A stretch of DNA of 64,000 bases from Eledone cirrhosa (lineage: Eukaryota), in NCBI GenBank assembly GCA_964016885.1, contig CAXHJY010001549.1, forward strand, positions 1-64,000, in the 5' to 3' direction. The notes under the pieces were generated by a model that made no database searches, was not told the origin of the DNA, and saw nothing but the letters and a program-made list of their open reading frames with translations. The translations under genes and the position numbers were made by a program. Below are positions 49,740 through 61,619 of the stretch, in pieces. Position 1 is the stretch's first letter, and the number at the start of each line of letters is the position of its first letter.

Positions 49740-50460
49740 GGCACACAAGAGATGTAATAATATAATCTGATAGGCACTCAGGAAGCTAGGTGTACATGAC
49801 TGGCTTGTGTAGGGGAGCAACCAGCAGAGTGAAAGTTGGAAATGAGTACAATGATGAATTTGAAGTGCAGGTGGGGTCCACCAGGTCTCAGTCCTCAGTC
49901 CACTATGTTTATTATTGTCCTTCAGGCCATAACTGAGGAGTTTAAAACTGGCACTCCATGGGAGCTCCTATAAGTTGACCACCTAGTCCTCATAGCTGAA
50001 TCCATAAGAGTTAGAAGCAAAATTTCAAGTATGGAAGGACCTAGAATTGAACAGCCTAAAAGTAAATTTAGCAAAGATGAAAGTCTTAATAAGTAGGAAA
50101 GATGACAGGAAAGTGATAGCATTAGGAAAATGACCTTATTCGATATGTCAGAAAGGGGTAGGCAGAAATTCCATTAAATGCACCCAATGTAATTTATGGA
50201 CACAAGAGATGTAATAATATTGCAGGCAGGCTAATGGAAAAGATAGACTTTGTATGCAGCAGATATACAAAAGTAAGCAACTTCAGTTGCCAGGAAGGTT
50301 CTTTAGGGGTTGTTAACAGATTTTGTTACCTAGGTGACTAAATTAGCAGTGGGGAGGATGCACTGAAAGTATGATAGCTAGGATAAGGACATGTTGGAAG
50401 GAGTTTAGAGAGCTGTCTGCTGACAACAAAGAGCTTTTATCTCAGAGTGAAGAGTCAGGC
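49740..50460 (+). mobile_element. Degraded RTE-type LINE RT fragment
   Basis: ITEEFKTGTPWELL, GVGRNSIKCTQC.LW.H and F.YLGD remnants, homologous to the 57776 copy. Confidence 0.75.
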
Positions 50461-51132
50461 CTCTCATCCCACTTATCAGTCTGTCAAATCGTACCACACC
50501 TGTTAAAATACTTACCGCCTCCACCATACAATAGAGAGGGCTTCTTTTTTTTTAGGCAATAATCGACAACCTCTCTAGTGCTGGTGCCATGAAAAATATA
50601 CTCTGTACACCCTGTACGTTAGTTGGTGACAGGAAAGGCATCAAGCCGTAGAAAGTCTAGCAAACAAAGGTTTGGAAGAAGTCTGTTGTGTCAGACATGA
50701 CAACGTCCCTAGTGTTGGTGATCTACAAGATACACGGAGCCAGAACCCTCTGGAAAATGGTTGGAATTCAGCAATAGAAAGCTTATCAAACAAAGAATTG
50801 GAAGGACTCTTCAGTTGTGTCAGAGTTTTCGTAGACTTTATATATTTCACTCTAGTGGCTCTCTATCCCTCGTAATTCAAAACATACTCTTGTTCTTCTC
50901 TATATATTATATTATGAAGCGCCCGGTAATTATACCTTGAGCTCATTAAATTACAGGGGGTTAAGATGAGTCTTTAACTCCGTTTTTTTCATTTGATATA
51001 TATATATATATAAGAACATCAAAGCCTTTTACAACTTTGAAATCTCTTTGATAACCATAACACACTGAGCTTTCCAGCACCTTGTTTGGTCAAAAACAAA
51101 AACTAAGTGGATATTTTCATTTATAATTCTTA

Positions 51133-51186
<54 letters not shown>

Positions 51187-51283
51187 CGTGTCCCCCAAAG
51201 ATGTATGCACACTTTGATTACCTGTACAAGTAATATTAGAACGCTGTTGAAGTGTGTATATATTGGGGGGGGGGGGACCCTGA

Positions 51284-51316
<33 letters not shown>

Positions 51317-51699
51317 AGAGGGTGTTGTATTTCAAATATCGATAGAAAGGTGTTAGGGCTAATAAATTTATGGTAGAACTAAAATCGATTATATCGGATT
51401 AAACTTGTATATAGAAATATTTATCATAGAGGACTTACTTTTGGAAAGAAATCTTTCCTCGTGAAGGATACAAATAGCATTAAGACAAAGTAACGTGGCT
51501 TCCAACAGAGAATATAATGTAAAAGCCATGTTGGCAACGGAAGTAGTTATAGCGGTGATAAATATGATGTAGTCTCCTAACTAAAAAATGCCCATCCATT
51601 TAGAAACGAAATTACTTTTAAAACAGTTTATGCAAATATATAATTTATTGAAAGATATAAAATTACAATAGAAACAAATTGAATATGTATCTGTTACAC

Positions 51700-52557
51700 A
51701 TTCAAAATAATAAAAAACGGAAAAGAAAGGAAAAGACTAGGGCTCTAGGATCACAAAAGAATGGGAGGGGGAAGGGAGAGGCTCTAGACCTAGTGCGCGG
51801 TGGTGTTGGGGCTGCGCCCCGAGGGCAAGAACACAAAAACATTCCCGCGGACGATGGCCAGCGACACCTGCTGCAACAGCCACCCCACCTCACGGGGCTC
51901 CTTCCTCAGACGGGCTGCTGACGTTCCGATCTTTCAGAGGAGCTCAGCAGCACGGGTTCCAAGTACGCCTGAGGTCTCGACGGCGACTAGTGCTAAGAGT
52001 AAGCAGCCGGACAATCCCCGGTATTTGTTTGTCTTCTTTTCCTCTGCATTGCGGGCCGCAGTACCGGGGTTTGTGGCCGAAGCGGCTAAGTTGGAGGCGG
52101 AGAACAGGTGGCGTCCCAGATTAGGGATCTACCTCCTTCGAATGGGAGGAGGGTAATTCCATCGGTGCGCTTGCTCTCTCCATGGTCGAGGCTTGCCAGC
52201 CCCTGTTGTGATGGGAGGCAAGCTGCGTCCAGGCTCCTTCTCAATATGTCAGGGGAACCGACATGCGCTCTGGTGGCATGACAGTGGGTGCAGGCTGAAC
52301 TTATCAACGACTGCCTCGCAACGGCATTTATGTGGTTCGCACATGTGGAGCCCGAGGCGTTGGGCCACTCCGATGCGAGTGCACTCGTCATCAAGAAGAG
52401 TACCGATTGATGAGGAGGACAAACAACGAAGTGATTCACCCACCACTGTTTGGCTGTGAAGCGGAGAGGAGGTAGGTGAGGCAGTGTTGGTCCAAGCCAG
52501 ACTTGATCTGCCTGAAGGAAGACCTACATTTGATGTCATCCCAGTTACGTTGGACAT
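51700..52557 (-). mobile_element. Defective CRE-like RLE retroelement (copy of the 23558 family)
   Basis: SSSIGTLLDDECTRIGVAQRLGLHMCEPHKCRC...HPLSC; RTDGITLLPFEGGRSLIWDATC. Confidence 0.85.
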
Positions 52558-52687
52558 TTATATACAGGTGGGTGGGGAGGAGGGGCAGTAGGCCTTATAT
52601 TATTTATATAGAACATATTTAAGTGTAAAGATTTAAAGAGTAACGTTTCTCAGTGTTATTCAAATATATACATTTTCTCTCGCCCTC

Positions 52688-52733
<46 letters not shown>

Positions 52734-52745
52734 GTGGTTACACAA

Positions 52746-52797
52746 CAGTTAGTTCACCATACCGAGAACAATTGTTCTCGGTATGGTGAACTAACTG
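52746..52797. repeat. Perfect 52-bp palindrome upstream of TTI2
   Basis: CAGTTAGTTCACCATACCGAGAACAA|TTGTTCTCGGTATGGTGAACTAACTG. Confidence 0.95.
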
Positions 52798-53101
52798 CTG
52801 TTCTAACTAACTGCTGTTCTACCTAACTCGGATATTACCTTCCAGTGTTCTACCACTATATATATATGTGTGTGTGTGTGCGTCTACCATGAGGATTTAT
52901 AAGCATCCGAAAAAGTCCATGGGAATTAGAATTTGGACAGAAATTGCAGGAAGAAAACTTCCTGCAGTATAAATAGAATATTATGTAAATCGAGAATTAT
53001 TTTCTACTGACACCGGTTTTTACACAATAACAGCAGGACAGGAATAGTTATTTTCTTGATTACAGTTTTATATTCCTGAAATCATTTAAATAATATCCAG
53101 T

Positions 53102-54682
53102 ATGTCCGATAAATTGCTATCAAATTTATGGGAAACTATTGTAGATTCAGATGTGGCTAATATTGACAGCAATTGTAACCTAAAAACCATTGTCCATCAT
53201 ATGGAAGAGTCACACGTGTTTACTGAGATAATTTATCAAATTACAAACGAACTTAAGTCGTGCAAGTGTCGGCCACAATGTAAGTTAAATCTTGTTATAG
53301 TATTTACTCAGTTATGTTCTGAAACGTCTTTCGAATATAACCATCAAAAAGAAATCTTAGGAAGTCCCACAAAAAAGATATTTTCTCAAAACGATGATGT
53401 TAAGCTGTTACAACAGATTGTTATGCATGCCGATGTTGAAGAATTTCGAGACCGTGAGATCTACGAATATATTCCCGAGGATTTCCCTAATGCTGCCACC
53501 AGAGCAAACTTGGTATTTAAATCATTTACTTTTCTTCTTCAGAACCAGAAAGCATCCAAACAAATTTTCTCTAAGATTGGATCCCTTGACTTAGTTGCTT
53601 TGTTGTGCAGTTTAGCAGCTTCTCATGCCGAACCCTCTCCGTGGACGAGCGACTCTACAATTCTTGCAGCGAACAATTTTATCAATGCCATTGCAAAATT
53701 CTATTCTTGTCAAAATTTCCAAGAGCTTCTCCTTTTAGCGAATGAACATGGCTTTACAAACCCTGAAGATTCTTGTCACTCGAAGTCGGTTTTCCGCAAA
53801 ATATTAAATTTAAACCAGCCCCGCCTGTGTAAAGAAAATTGGAATAAAAACCCCTTTGCGAAAGCTGCTTTTTGTTGGTGTTTGGTGAATGTAAAGCACC
53901 CTTATTTCAGCTTTTACTTAGATCAAGTTTTAACACCAGTGCTTCTGTTTGTTGATGACTTTGTGAGCGAGCTTAAACTGACTGGTATTAGACACCTGGA
54001 TTACATCATTGATAATGTAAGCAAAGAAGAACTACGATGGTACAACAGAGATGCTGTCATCTTTGATGCGTTAAAGCATCAGCTGTTTACCCAAGACGAT
54101 CGTGTGCTGCAAAACACATTGTCTTCCTTACTCTCTATTCTTTCAATCATTGAACAACCTCCGTGCAAACTACAAACTATAAACTATAACCGCTACGATG
54201 AAATATTTACTACGATCTTGTACAATGCACAAATAGAAAACCAACTATCATTTCGGCGTATATATACTAGTTATATTTCTAGATTCGTCAACCTTATGGG
54301 AATAACGGTAGTTCGACACACAAAACAATTTCTACAGCTTGTAGAATCATATTTAGAAATCTACGACGGGCCATATGAAGTTGCTCGTTTAAATGTACTT
54401 GCTAGTCTCAACATTTTTATTAACGTTGCATGGCCAAGAATACATCACCATAACGATAAATTAGTGAAAATATTACTCAGACTTGTATATGATGTTGCTG
54501 TTGAAGACGTCTTTGTAATTCCTAACAATGTCAGACAGAAAATAATCAAAGAAGTCATAGAAATTTTAAGAATTTTAAAAACACTGAATAAAGAACGAGT
54601 AGATAGTCTTCTACAAGTTGTCAACGGGAAATTGAGTATTCCTACATTTCAAGGAGCAGTGGAATCTGTCTTGGATACCTGA
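53102..54682 (+). CDS. TTI2: TELO2-interacting protein 2 (TTT complex subunit), single-exon ORF, 526 aa
   Basis: Long non-repetitive ORF. Motifs LDQVLTPVLLFVDDF...KLTGIRHLDYII.NV...LRWYNR..VI, YLEIYDGP.E.ARL and WPRI...LVKILLRLVYDV match the vertebrate TTI2 C-terminal half. Confidence 0.9.
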   Translation: MSDKLLSNLWETIVDSDVANIDSNCNLKTIVHHMEESHVFTEIIYQITNELKSCKCRPQCKLNLVIVFTQLCSETSFEYNHQKEILGSPTKKIFSQNDDVKLLQQIVMHADVEEFRDREIYEYIPEDFPNAATRANLVFKSFTFLLQNQKASKQIFSKIGSLDLVALLCSLAASHAEPSPWTSDSTILAANNFINAIAKFYSCQNFQELLLLANEHGFTNPEDSCHSKSVFRKILNLNQPRLCKENWNKNPFAKAAFCWCLVNVKHPYFSFYLDQVLTPVLLFVDDFVSELKLTGIRHLDYIIDNVSKEELRWYNRDAVIFDALKHQLFTQDDRVLQNTLSSLLSILSIIEQPPCKLQTINYNRYDEIFTTILYNAQIENQLSFRRIYTSYISRFVNLMGITVVRHTKQFLQLVESYLEIYDGPYEVARLNVLASLNIFINVAWPRIHHHNDKLVKILLRLVYDVAVEDVFVIPNNVRQKIIKEVIEILRILKTLNKERVDSLLQVVNGKLSIPTFQGAVESVLDT

Positions 54683-56984
54683 ACTTGATCAAACATTCAT
54701 TACTCTTCTTGTTTGTGCACTTATAAATGTTTGGCTTTATAAAATTTACTCCTAGCACTCTACATATTATCTTCATCAGTACTCTTTGCAGAGTGTACTG
54801 AGTATATTATATCGTGACACCAGCATATGACAAACTAGAGAATTTGTCATATGCTCAACCTGACTGAGGTCCTCTCTATCCTATATTATCTCAATTGCCA
54901 AACAGTGGAACCAGTACTGGAAAAGTTCTGATACTCTATGTGTTACATTACAATTGACACGGAACACTTAATCTTGCTTTCACTTGGATTAATTGATTAT
55001 TGTGATGCAAGCACCACTCTTCAAATTAATTAATCATTGAAATAAAGAGTGTGTATATATATACACACACACATGCATTATATACATATATATATATGTA
55101 TATATAATGTGTCTAAAAAATCCAGCCAAAATACGATTCTGTTATGAGCAAGGTACGGCACAGTCAACTGGCCAAACATGTCTACTTCCACTACTAGATT
55201 GGTATGATATATGTTTGCTGAATGCCAAGATATAAACATGTCTTCCATGATAAGCATATCAACAAAAGTAAACTTTATTTTATTTACATTCGATTTTCTT
55301 CTCTGATGCAAACTTATTGAATAATCATTGAATAACTTTCCATGCCTTTAAATTGTGTATAACAGGATGATATAATGGAATAAAAGGATGTTGAATATGT
55401 GATACCGTCTCTCTTCCTTTTCTTAATTCATATTGCCCCTTTTCCTGCTAGCAAGATATATATATATACAGTAAGTGTTATTTTATCTTCTATACTAAGA
55501 TAGTTATTTCAGCATTATGAACTCCTTTTTCAAGTGACTCTCAAAAAAGAAAAAAATGTTTTCTTGTTGAGAAATGGAACAGACATCAGCTCTCAGCAAT
55601 TTTAATCCTCATTTGCTGCAGCTTACAAAGAGAAAAATAAACATAGCCTGGCAGACCCTATTCTGAGCTGAATACCCTGACACATTCTACTAAGTTTCCT
55701 AGTTCACCACCTCAGAAGCCTGCAAGTACCCCCATTCCAGCAATGTAATTATTTTGATCCTTAATCATAGATCTTTGACTTGGTATTCCTCAGAAAAAAA
55801 GGCTCTACAGTGCTTCTGTGTTGATACTCAGTAACTGGTTTGCTGACCTTGCTCAACTTCTCCTTTAGTAGTCCTCCTCCTCCTCAATAGATTGTCTAGG
55901 TGGAGGTTCCATTACTCTTTTCTTTAATCTTCAGTGCGCTCTATTGCCAATAGAGTTATCTCCCCTTAATACATAAAGCTATTCATAAAAATTTCTAGTG
56001 TGTCTGAAGGTTAAATCAAAGAGGACACTGAGAATCTGATGGCATCAAAAAATAAAATAAGGCAAGCAGAATCTTTTTTAATTTTATTTTAGATTTTAAA
56101 TGTATTTTTATATTAGTACATCGGACAATTTTGTCCCTATCCAAAGAGTGTAGTTTGTTTTTAATTGAAAATGGTTAATTTTGATCAAATTATACAAGTA
56201 AAATGTACTTTTTGTGCATTTTTCTTGAAAACAGTCCCATAGGATATTTATTTGAACAATATATTGGGACATTAAACTCTTCACTGCTGTAGACGAGATG
56301 ACTCGTCCTAACATGTATGTATTTCAGTGTCATGAATGAGATAACTCATCCTAACATGTTTGAATTTGTTTCCAACAGTTCATAACTTCAAAGCTAGATG
56401 GTGTTACTAGTTTATTGATGTGATGTTTGTCAGTTATTCAGATATGTGTTGTTAATAAATGTTTGTTTAAAAAAATAATCATTTTACTGAAAAAAAAAAC
56501 TGGCACAGCAACTGTAGCTGTGTAAAATATGCGTGGCAATCAACAGGTTAATCTGAACAATAAGCTGGGACATCTTTCTCCTAGTAGTATCCACATTACT
56601 CAATATGATTAGCAATAAAAATAAGAAAATTAATTATTCACTGCTAAATTATTATAAATATTAGAAAGTGAATTCAATAGAATGTAAACTTTATTTGGGG
56701 GTTTATATGTCTTTACGGTATTGAAAGGGTTAGAAGAAAATATTAAAAATAATTTCCAAAAATGTTATCTGCAAAAACATTTGCTTAACTTTTCAAGCAT
56801 TGGGAAGTTTAAAAACATAGGCACCTCAGTTTCAATAACTATATGTAGTAGTTGAATAGGTCTGGTAAAGTACTCCTGCAGATTGAAAAAAATGGACAGA
56901 TCTCAGGCAGTTCTTTGCCTGACTTATCCAACTATTATTTAAAGTTATCTGCATTATTGCCAGCATACCTTCAAATTTTATTTG

Positions 56985-57324
56985 CTAGTATTTACGTTTG
57001 ATAGGTTCTGAGTAGAGCTGTTCAATATTAGTATTATCACTTGGTTGAGGGGCTGGATTTTGTCTGTTTGGTTTTGCATATAATGATTCAATATCGAAAT
57101 CAGATAATGAGGGTTTTGAATCTGAGACAATGTTTTCATATAGCTCTGGAGATGTTGGTTCATTCATTGGCCAGGGGTCACTAGTAATTTGGTGAATGTT
57201 AGTATTTGACTGAGGGTAATGAATAATTTCATCAGCACACATTTGGCATCTTGAGATAGAAGCTGGTCTCATTTCTATTCTCTCTGTTTTTTGGTTGTTT
57301 TTGTTGTCTCTAAAAATCTTATAT
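56985..57324 (-). CDS. Terminal exon (cytoplasmic tail) of an unidentified single-pass membrane protein
   Basis: Acceptor TTGCAG. Reads YKIFRDNK...ELYENI...SLYAKP...QLYSEPIKRKY*, in phase with the TM exon at 61029-61089. Confidence 0.75.
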
Positions 57325-57634
57325 CTGCAATACAGTAACAATGTAAATGTACAATTGGATGAATCCACACTCTCTATAGCACATGCATAAACACTATAAT
57401 AAAATAATAATAATAAAAATTGTGTACAGTACTCAGGTGCACTACAACTCATCAAAAGTGCATGTATAGTACTTAAACTAATGTACAAATGTCAGGAAAG
57501 TTAACAGTGTATGAGTAATGATATACACACAGATACATGCGTGTGTTTTTATTAGTAACATGACCCTCCCAAAGTGCAACAATATCAGTTTCAACACACA
57601 TTTTCAGATAAGAAATTATAAATCTCTCTCTCTC

Positions 57635-57675
<41 letters not shown>

Positions 57676-57775
57676 TATATAAAGTGTTGAAGTTTCCGTT
57701 GAAAAAGTCAGAGGAATGAAGAGTGCTCTATGTAAGTTACAAAGCTAAATTTTTAGTTTCCTCTGTCTATATATA

Positions 57776-59180
57776 TATGGATAGAGGAAACTATAGGAGT
57801 GTTAAATTAGTTGACCAAATCATGAAAGTCACAGAAAGAGTTATTACTCAACTGATTAGAGACCAGGTTGATCTGGATGAAATGCAGTTTGGGTTTGTGC
57901 CAGGTAAAAGTACCAGGGATGCTCTTTTCCTTGTGCGGCAGTTACAGAAGTACCTCGTTAACAGTAGACCCTTCTACTTGGCTTTTGTTGACCTGGAGAA
58001 GGCCTTTGACAGAGTCTCATGCACCTTAATCTGGTGGGCTCTTAGAAAACTAGGAGTGGAGGAATGGCTAGTGAGGGCTATACAAGCCATGTATAGAGGA
58101 ACAGTCAGCAAGGTTAGAATTAGCAATGGATGTAGTGATGAATTTAGCGTGATAGTAGGGGTTCACCATGGCTCCGTTCTTAGCCCCCTCCTGTTTGTTA
58201 TTGTCCTGCGGGCTATAACAGAGGGGTTTAAGACTGGCTGCCCATGGGAACTTCTATGTGCAGATGATCTAACTCTCATGGCTGAATCCATGGCTGAGCT
58301 GGAGAGTAAGTTCCAGGCATGGAGGCATGGCCTTGAATTTAAAGGCCTTAGAGGCAGCTTGTCTAAGACTGAGGTTCTGGTGTGTGGCAGGAAGAGTGGG
58401 GCACAGGTGCCCTCTAGGAGGTGGCCATGCTCAGTGTATGAAAAATGAGTAGGCGGAGACTGTGTCCCAAATGCAAATTATGGGTGCATAAAAGATGTGG
58501 TGGGATCAGAGGTAATCTATCTAAGAATGTGGATTTTATATGTGGCCAATGCTCAGGTGCAGTAGGTGGCAAGGACCCACTGGATGATATCAACTGCCCA
58601 GATGGTTCTATAGATATAGTAGACACCTTCCGTTACCTGGGTGACAGAGTCAGTAGTGGAGGAGGGTGCTCTGAAGGTGTAGTAGCCAGAGTTAGAACAG
58701 GATGGAAAAGGCACAGAGAGCTAATACTGCTGTTGGCCACAAGGGATTTTTCTCTAAAAATGAAAGGCAGATTGTATGATGCATGTATACGAACGGCGAT
58801 ATTACATGGTAGTGAGACTTGGGGATTGTGTGCTGAAGACCTGCATAGATTAGAAAGAAATGAAGCTTGCATGCTCTGATGGATGTGTAATAGTAATGTG
58901 CATGAAAGGCAAAGCATAAACGAACTAAGAGGGAGACTAAGCATAGGAGGTATCAAATGTTTTGTTCTGGAGAGGAGATTGCGTTGGTATGGACATGTGA
59001 GGCGTATGAAGGACTACAGCTGTATAAAAAAGTGCAGGACAATGAAAACTGATGGAAGCTGCGGAGTGGGTAGACCAAGAAAAACCTTTCCCACCTACAC
59101 CTCTCTAAGACAATGACACTGGATCGAGACCTTTGGTGCCATGCAGTTGTACAGAAGACCCGACTACCATTGCATACAAA
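57776..59180 (+). mobile_element. RTE-type LINE, 5'-truncated; RT (CADD) plus Cys/His insert plus C-terminus, frameshifted
   Basis: NYRSVKL, QFGFVPG, FVDLEKAFDRV, GVHHGSVLSPLLF, LLCADDL, FRYLG, RRLRWYGHV. Confidence 0.92.
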
Positions 59181-59649
59181 CCTAGTCAGTAGGCACCTCT
59201 GAACTCAATGTACAACCCACCCCATCCTCCCTCTCCCGTTCCGTCCACTGTGTCGAATGACACAACAGTCCACACTGTAAGGTGGCTGTGTAGGAAACAC
59301 GGTGAAAAGGTTCCCAGTCCACACTGTAAATGTGGTTGGCATTAGGAAGGGCATCCAGCTGTAAAAACCTGCCAGAGACGTTTCCATACGAGCGAGACAT
59401 GGTCTCCTGCCCATTCCCGCATCAAATGGAACAAAACCGTCTAACTTATGCTCGCATGGAAGATGGATGTTAAACGATGATGATGATGACTATATATATA
59501 CATACATACATAACTTTAATTTTAACCTTAAAACGTTTTATGTTCTAAGTTCTGAAGTCAAAAACATTTTTCTCTGTTTTTTTTTATATCCTTTTAGCCT
59601 CTTGGATTGTGTTTACCATTCCTCCTTTATTATATAACTTTTACACAAT

Positions 59650-59711
59650 AAACACCTGATGATGTCACCAGGATCTTACAGAACCTGACCACTGAAATGT
59701 ATATAGTGGTT
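59650..59711 (+). ncRNA. Type I hammerhead ribozyme motif (partly degenerate)
   Basis: aaacac-CTGATGA-tgtcac-caggatct-tac-agaacctg-accact-GAAA-tgtata-TA-gtggtt. Confidence 0.6.
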
Positions 59712-59819
59712 GCTATAATAAATTTTTTAAGGAATTTCACCAGTCCGGCCTCCTGCTATTTTACTCAATAATATATATATATTTGACGAGAGTCGATCGA
59801 CTGTCGATATATATATATT

Positions 59820-60845
59820 CTTTGCAGTTAAGCTGAAATCCGACTTCAGATCAGCAAATAAAGTGTTTTGGCAGACCATCCGCCGACTTCATAATAAGAC
59901 GCCCTACTCCACACCTACTTTCAAGAACGCCTCTGGAGTTCTCCTCTCTTTGGAGAGGTACATCCTCACAAGGTGGAGAGAATACTTTACTGATCTCGTT
60001 AAACCCATTCACAACAGCATCTTCTGATGTACACGAGGTATATCTGAGAGTGGTGACCAATCTCTCAGAAGCTGAGGTCACAAGAACAATTAAAGAGCTC
60101 AAAAATGGCAAAGCCGCTGGGGAAGATGAAATCTGGAGTATGGGATTATGGCCAGCTTCTTCCTGCCTTGATGTCTCTATATGAATGCCCGAGTATTTGT
60201 GTTCGGATAAATAGTGCTAAATCAAAAACATTCAATGTGGGAGTCGGACTCCACCAAGGGTGCACACTGTTACCTTACTTGTTCATTATTTACATGAACA
60301 GGACTGACATCCGCAGCCAGGTTGGAAGTGGTATCATGACTGGCAGGTGTAAAATCAGTCACCTGGAATTTTCAGATGACATGGTGTTACTCAACTTGAC
60401 AGATGACCTCCAACTTGCACTTGATAGGTTTGATGCCAAGTGCTGCATGGTTGGAATGAAAATCAGTGCTGCGAAAACTGAGACACTCATCCTCTCAAGG
60501 AAGCCTGCGCAGTACACTCTACATGTAAATGGAGTTCACTGAAGCAAGTTGAGAAGTTCAAGTATCTTGGGGCCGTGATCGCGAGTGATGGAGGCAGGAG
60601 GCTGAATTAAGTGCAAGAAGTGCAAGAACTGGTGCAGTAATGTGCCAGCTTCAGCATTCAGTAATCAAAAGAAGGGGAGTAGGCATAAAAACCAAACTCA
60701 CTATCTTCAATTCGGTTTTTGTACCAACCCTTACCTATGGTTGGAAAACATACATGAGCTTGGCTGATCTCGCTTGGGGATTCAGCCAGACCAGTTGGAG
60801 ACAGGTGCTTCTGACAGGACCTGCTGCAAGGAGTGTTTGAGGACT
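59820..60845 (+). mobile_element. Second RTE-clade (Rex3/Expander-like) LINE fragment, internally deleted
   Basis: FWQTIRRL, RWREYF, KAAGEDE, VGLHQGC.L.P.LFIIYM, FSDDMVL, VEKFKYLG, PTLTYG. Confidence 0.82.
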
Positions 60846-61028
60846 CTGCTCCCACGACCCTCTCAGGAATAAGTGAGTGAAGAAGGAACTCATAAATATG
60901 TGTGAATATTTTCTAATAAATCTATGTAAACAATTTCTAATACATATGTGTATCCCCATCACTTTTGACGGTATGGGTTCACTATAAATAAATAAAAGAA
61001 GAGAAAGAATAATAGTATATTGGTTTAC

Positions 61029-61089
61029 CTGACAATTAATATGATACAGATGATAATTATCAAGAATAAGATGCTTGAAAGGACAACAA
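61029..61089 (-). CDS. Transmembrane-helix exon of the minus-strand membrane protein
   Basis: TTTTAG acceptor and AG|GTAAAC donor. The 61-nt exon encodes VVLSSILFLIIIICIILIV(R). Confidence 0.75.
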
Positions 61090-61619
61090 CTAAAAGTAAA
61101 TAAAGAAAGAACACTTAAACAAACAATATTCAGAATATATACTTAAATAAGAGCTGAAATACTGAGGTAATAGTGAGTGAATGGAAGAGCTGGAGGCAGT
61201 GGGAGTGGGAGTTTAGTTCCTTTGTGTTTGAACCTGGTATATATATCTGTATATAAGATTGCTTACATTGCTTATTAGACACCAAATAGCTTTTATCCAT
61301 CTTCTCTACTCCCACCCCCACTGGACTTAAGGTAATCGTAGAGCAAGTATAATCAATTAATTGTAGCAGAAGTAGATTATATAGAAAGAGGAGACAGTGT
61401 ATTTGTGGAGCAGAAACTATTGTAGTAGGGGTAGAAGAGATAGAACTTTACAGGTTCTACTGGATGCTGTTTATTATGGCACCTGTACAACTATTTTACA
61501 GAGTGTAATGGGTGCATTCTATCATGGCACCAACACTTAGGAGGTTGTTCATCATTGCTATAGTTAATCTTAATCCTAATTTTGCTGACTACTTCCCTAA
61601 ACATGGCTTGTACAACCTT

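Noticed and set aside
57723-58448. Functional reverse transcriptase gene
   Set aside because: 5'-truncated, YADD changed to CADD, frameshift and stop downstream; a dead LINE copy.
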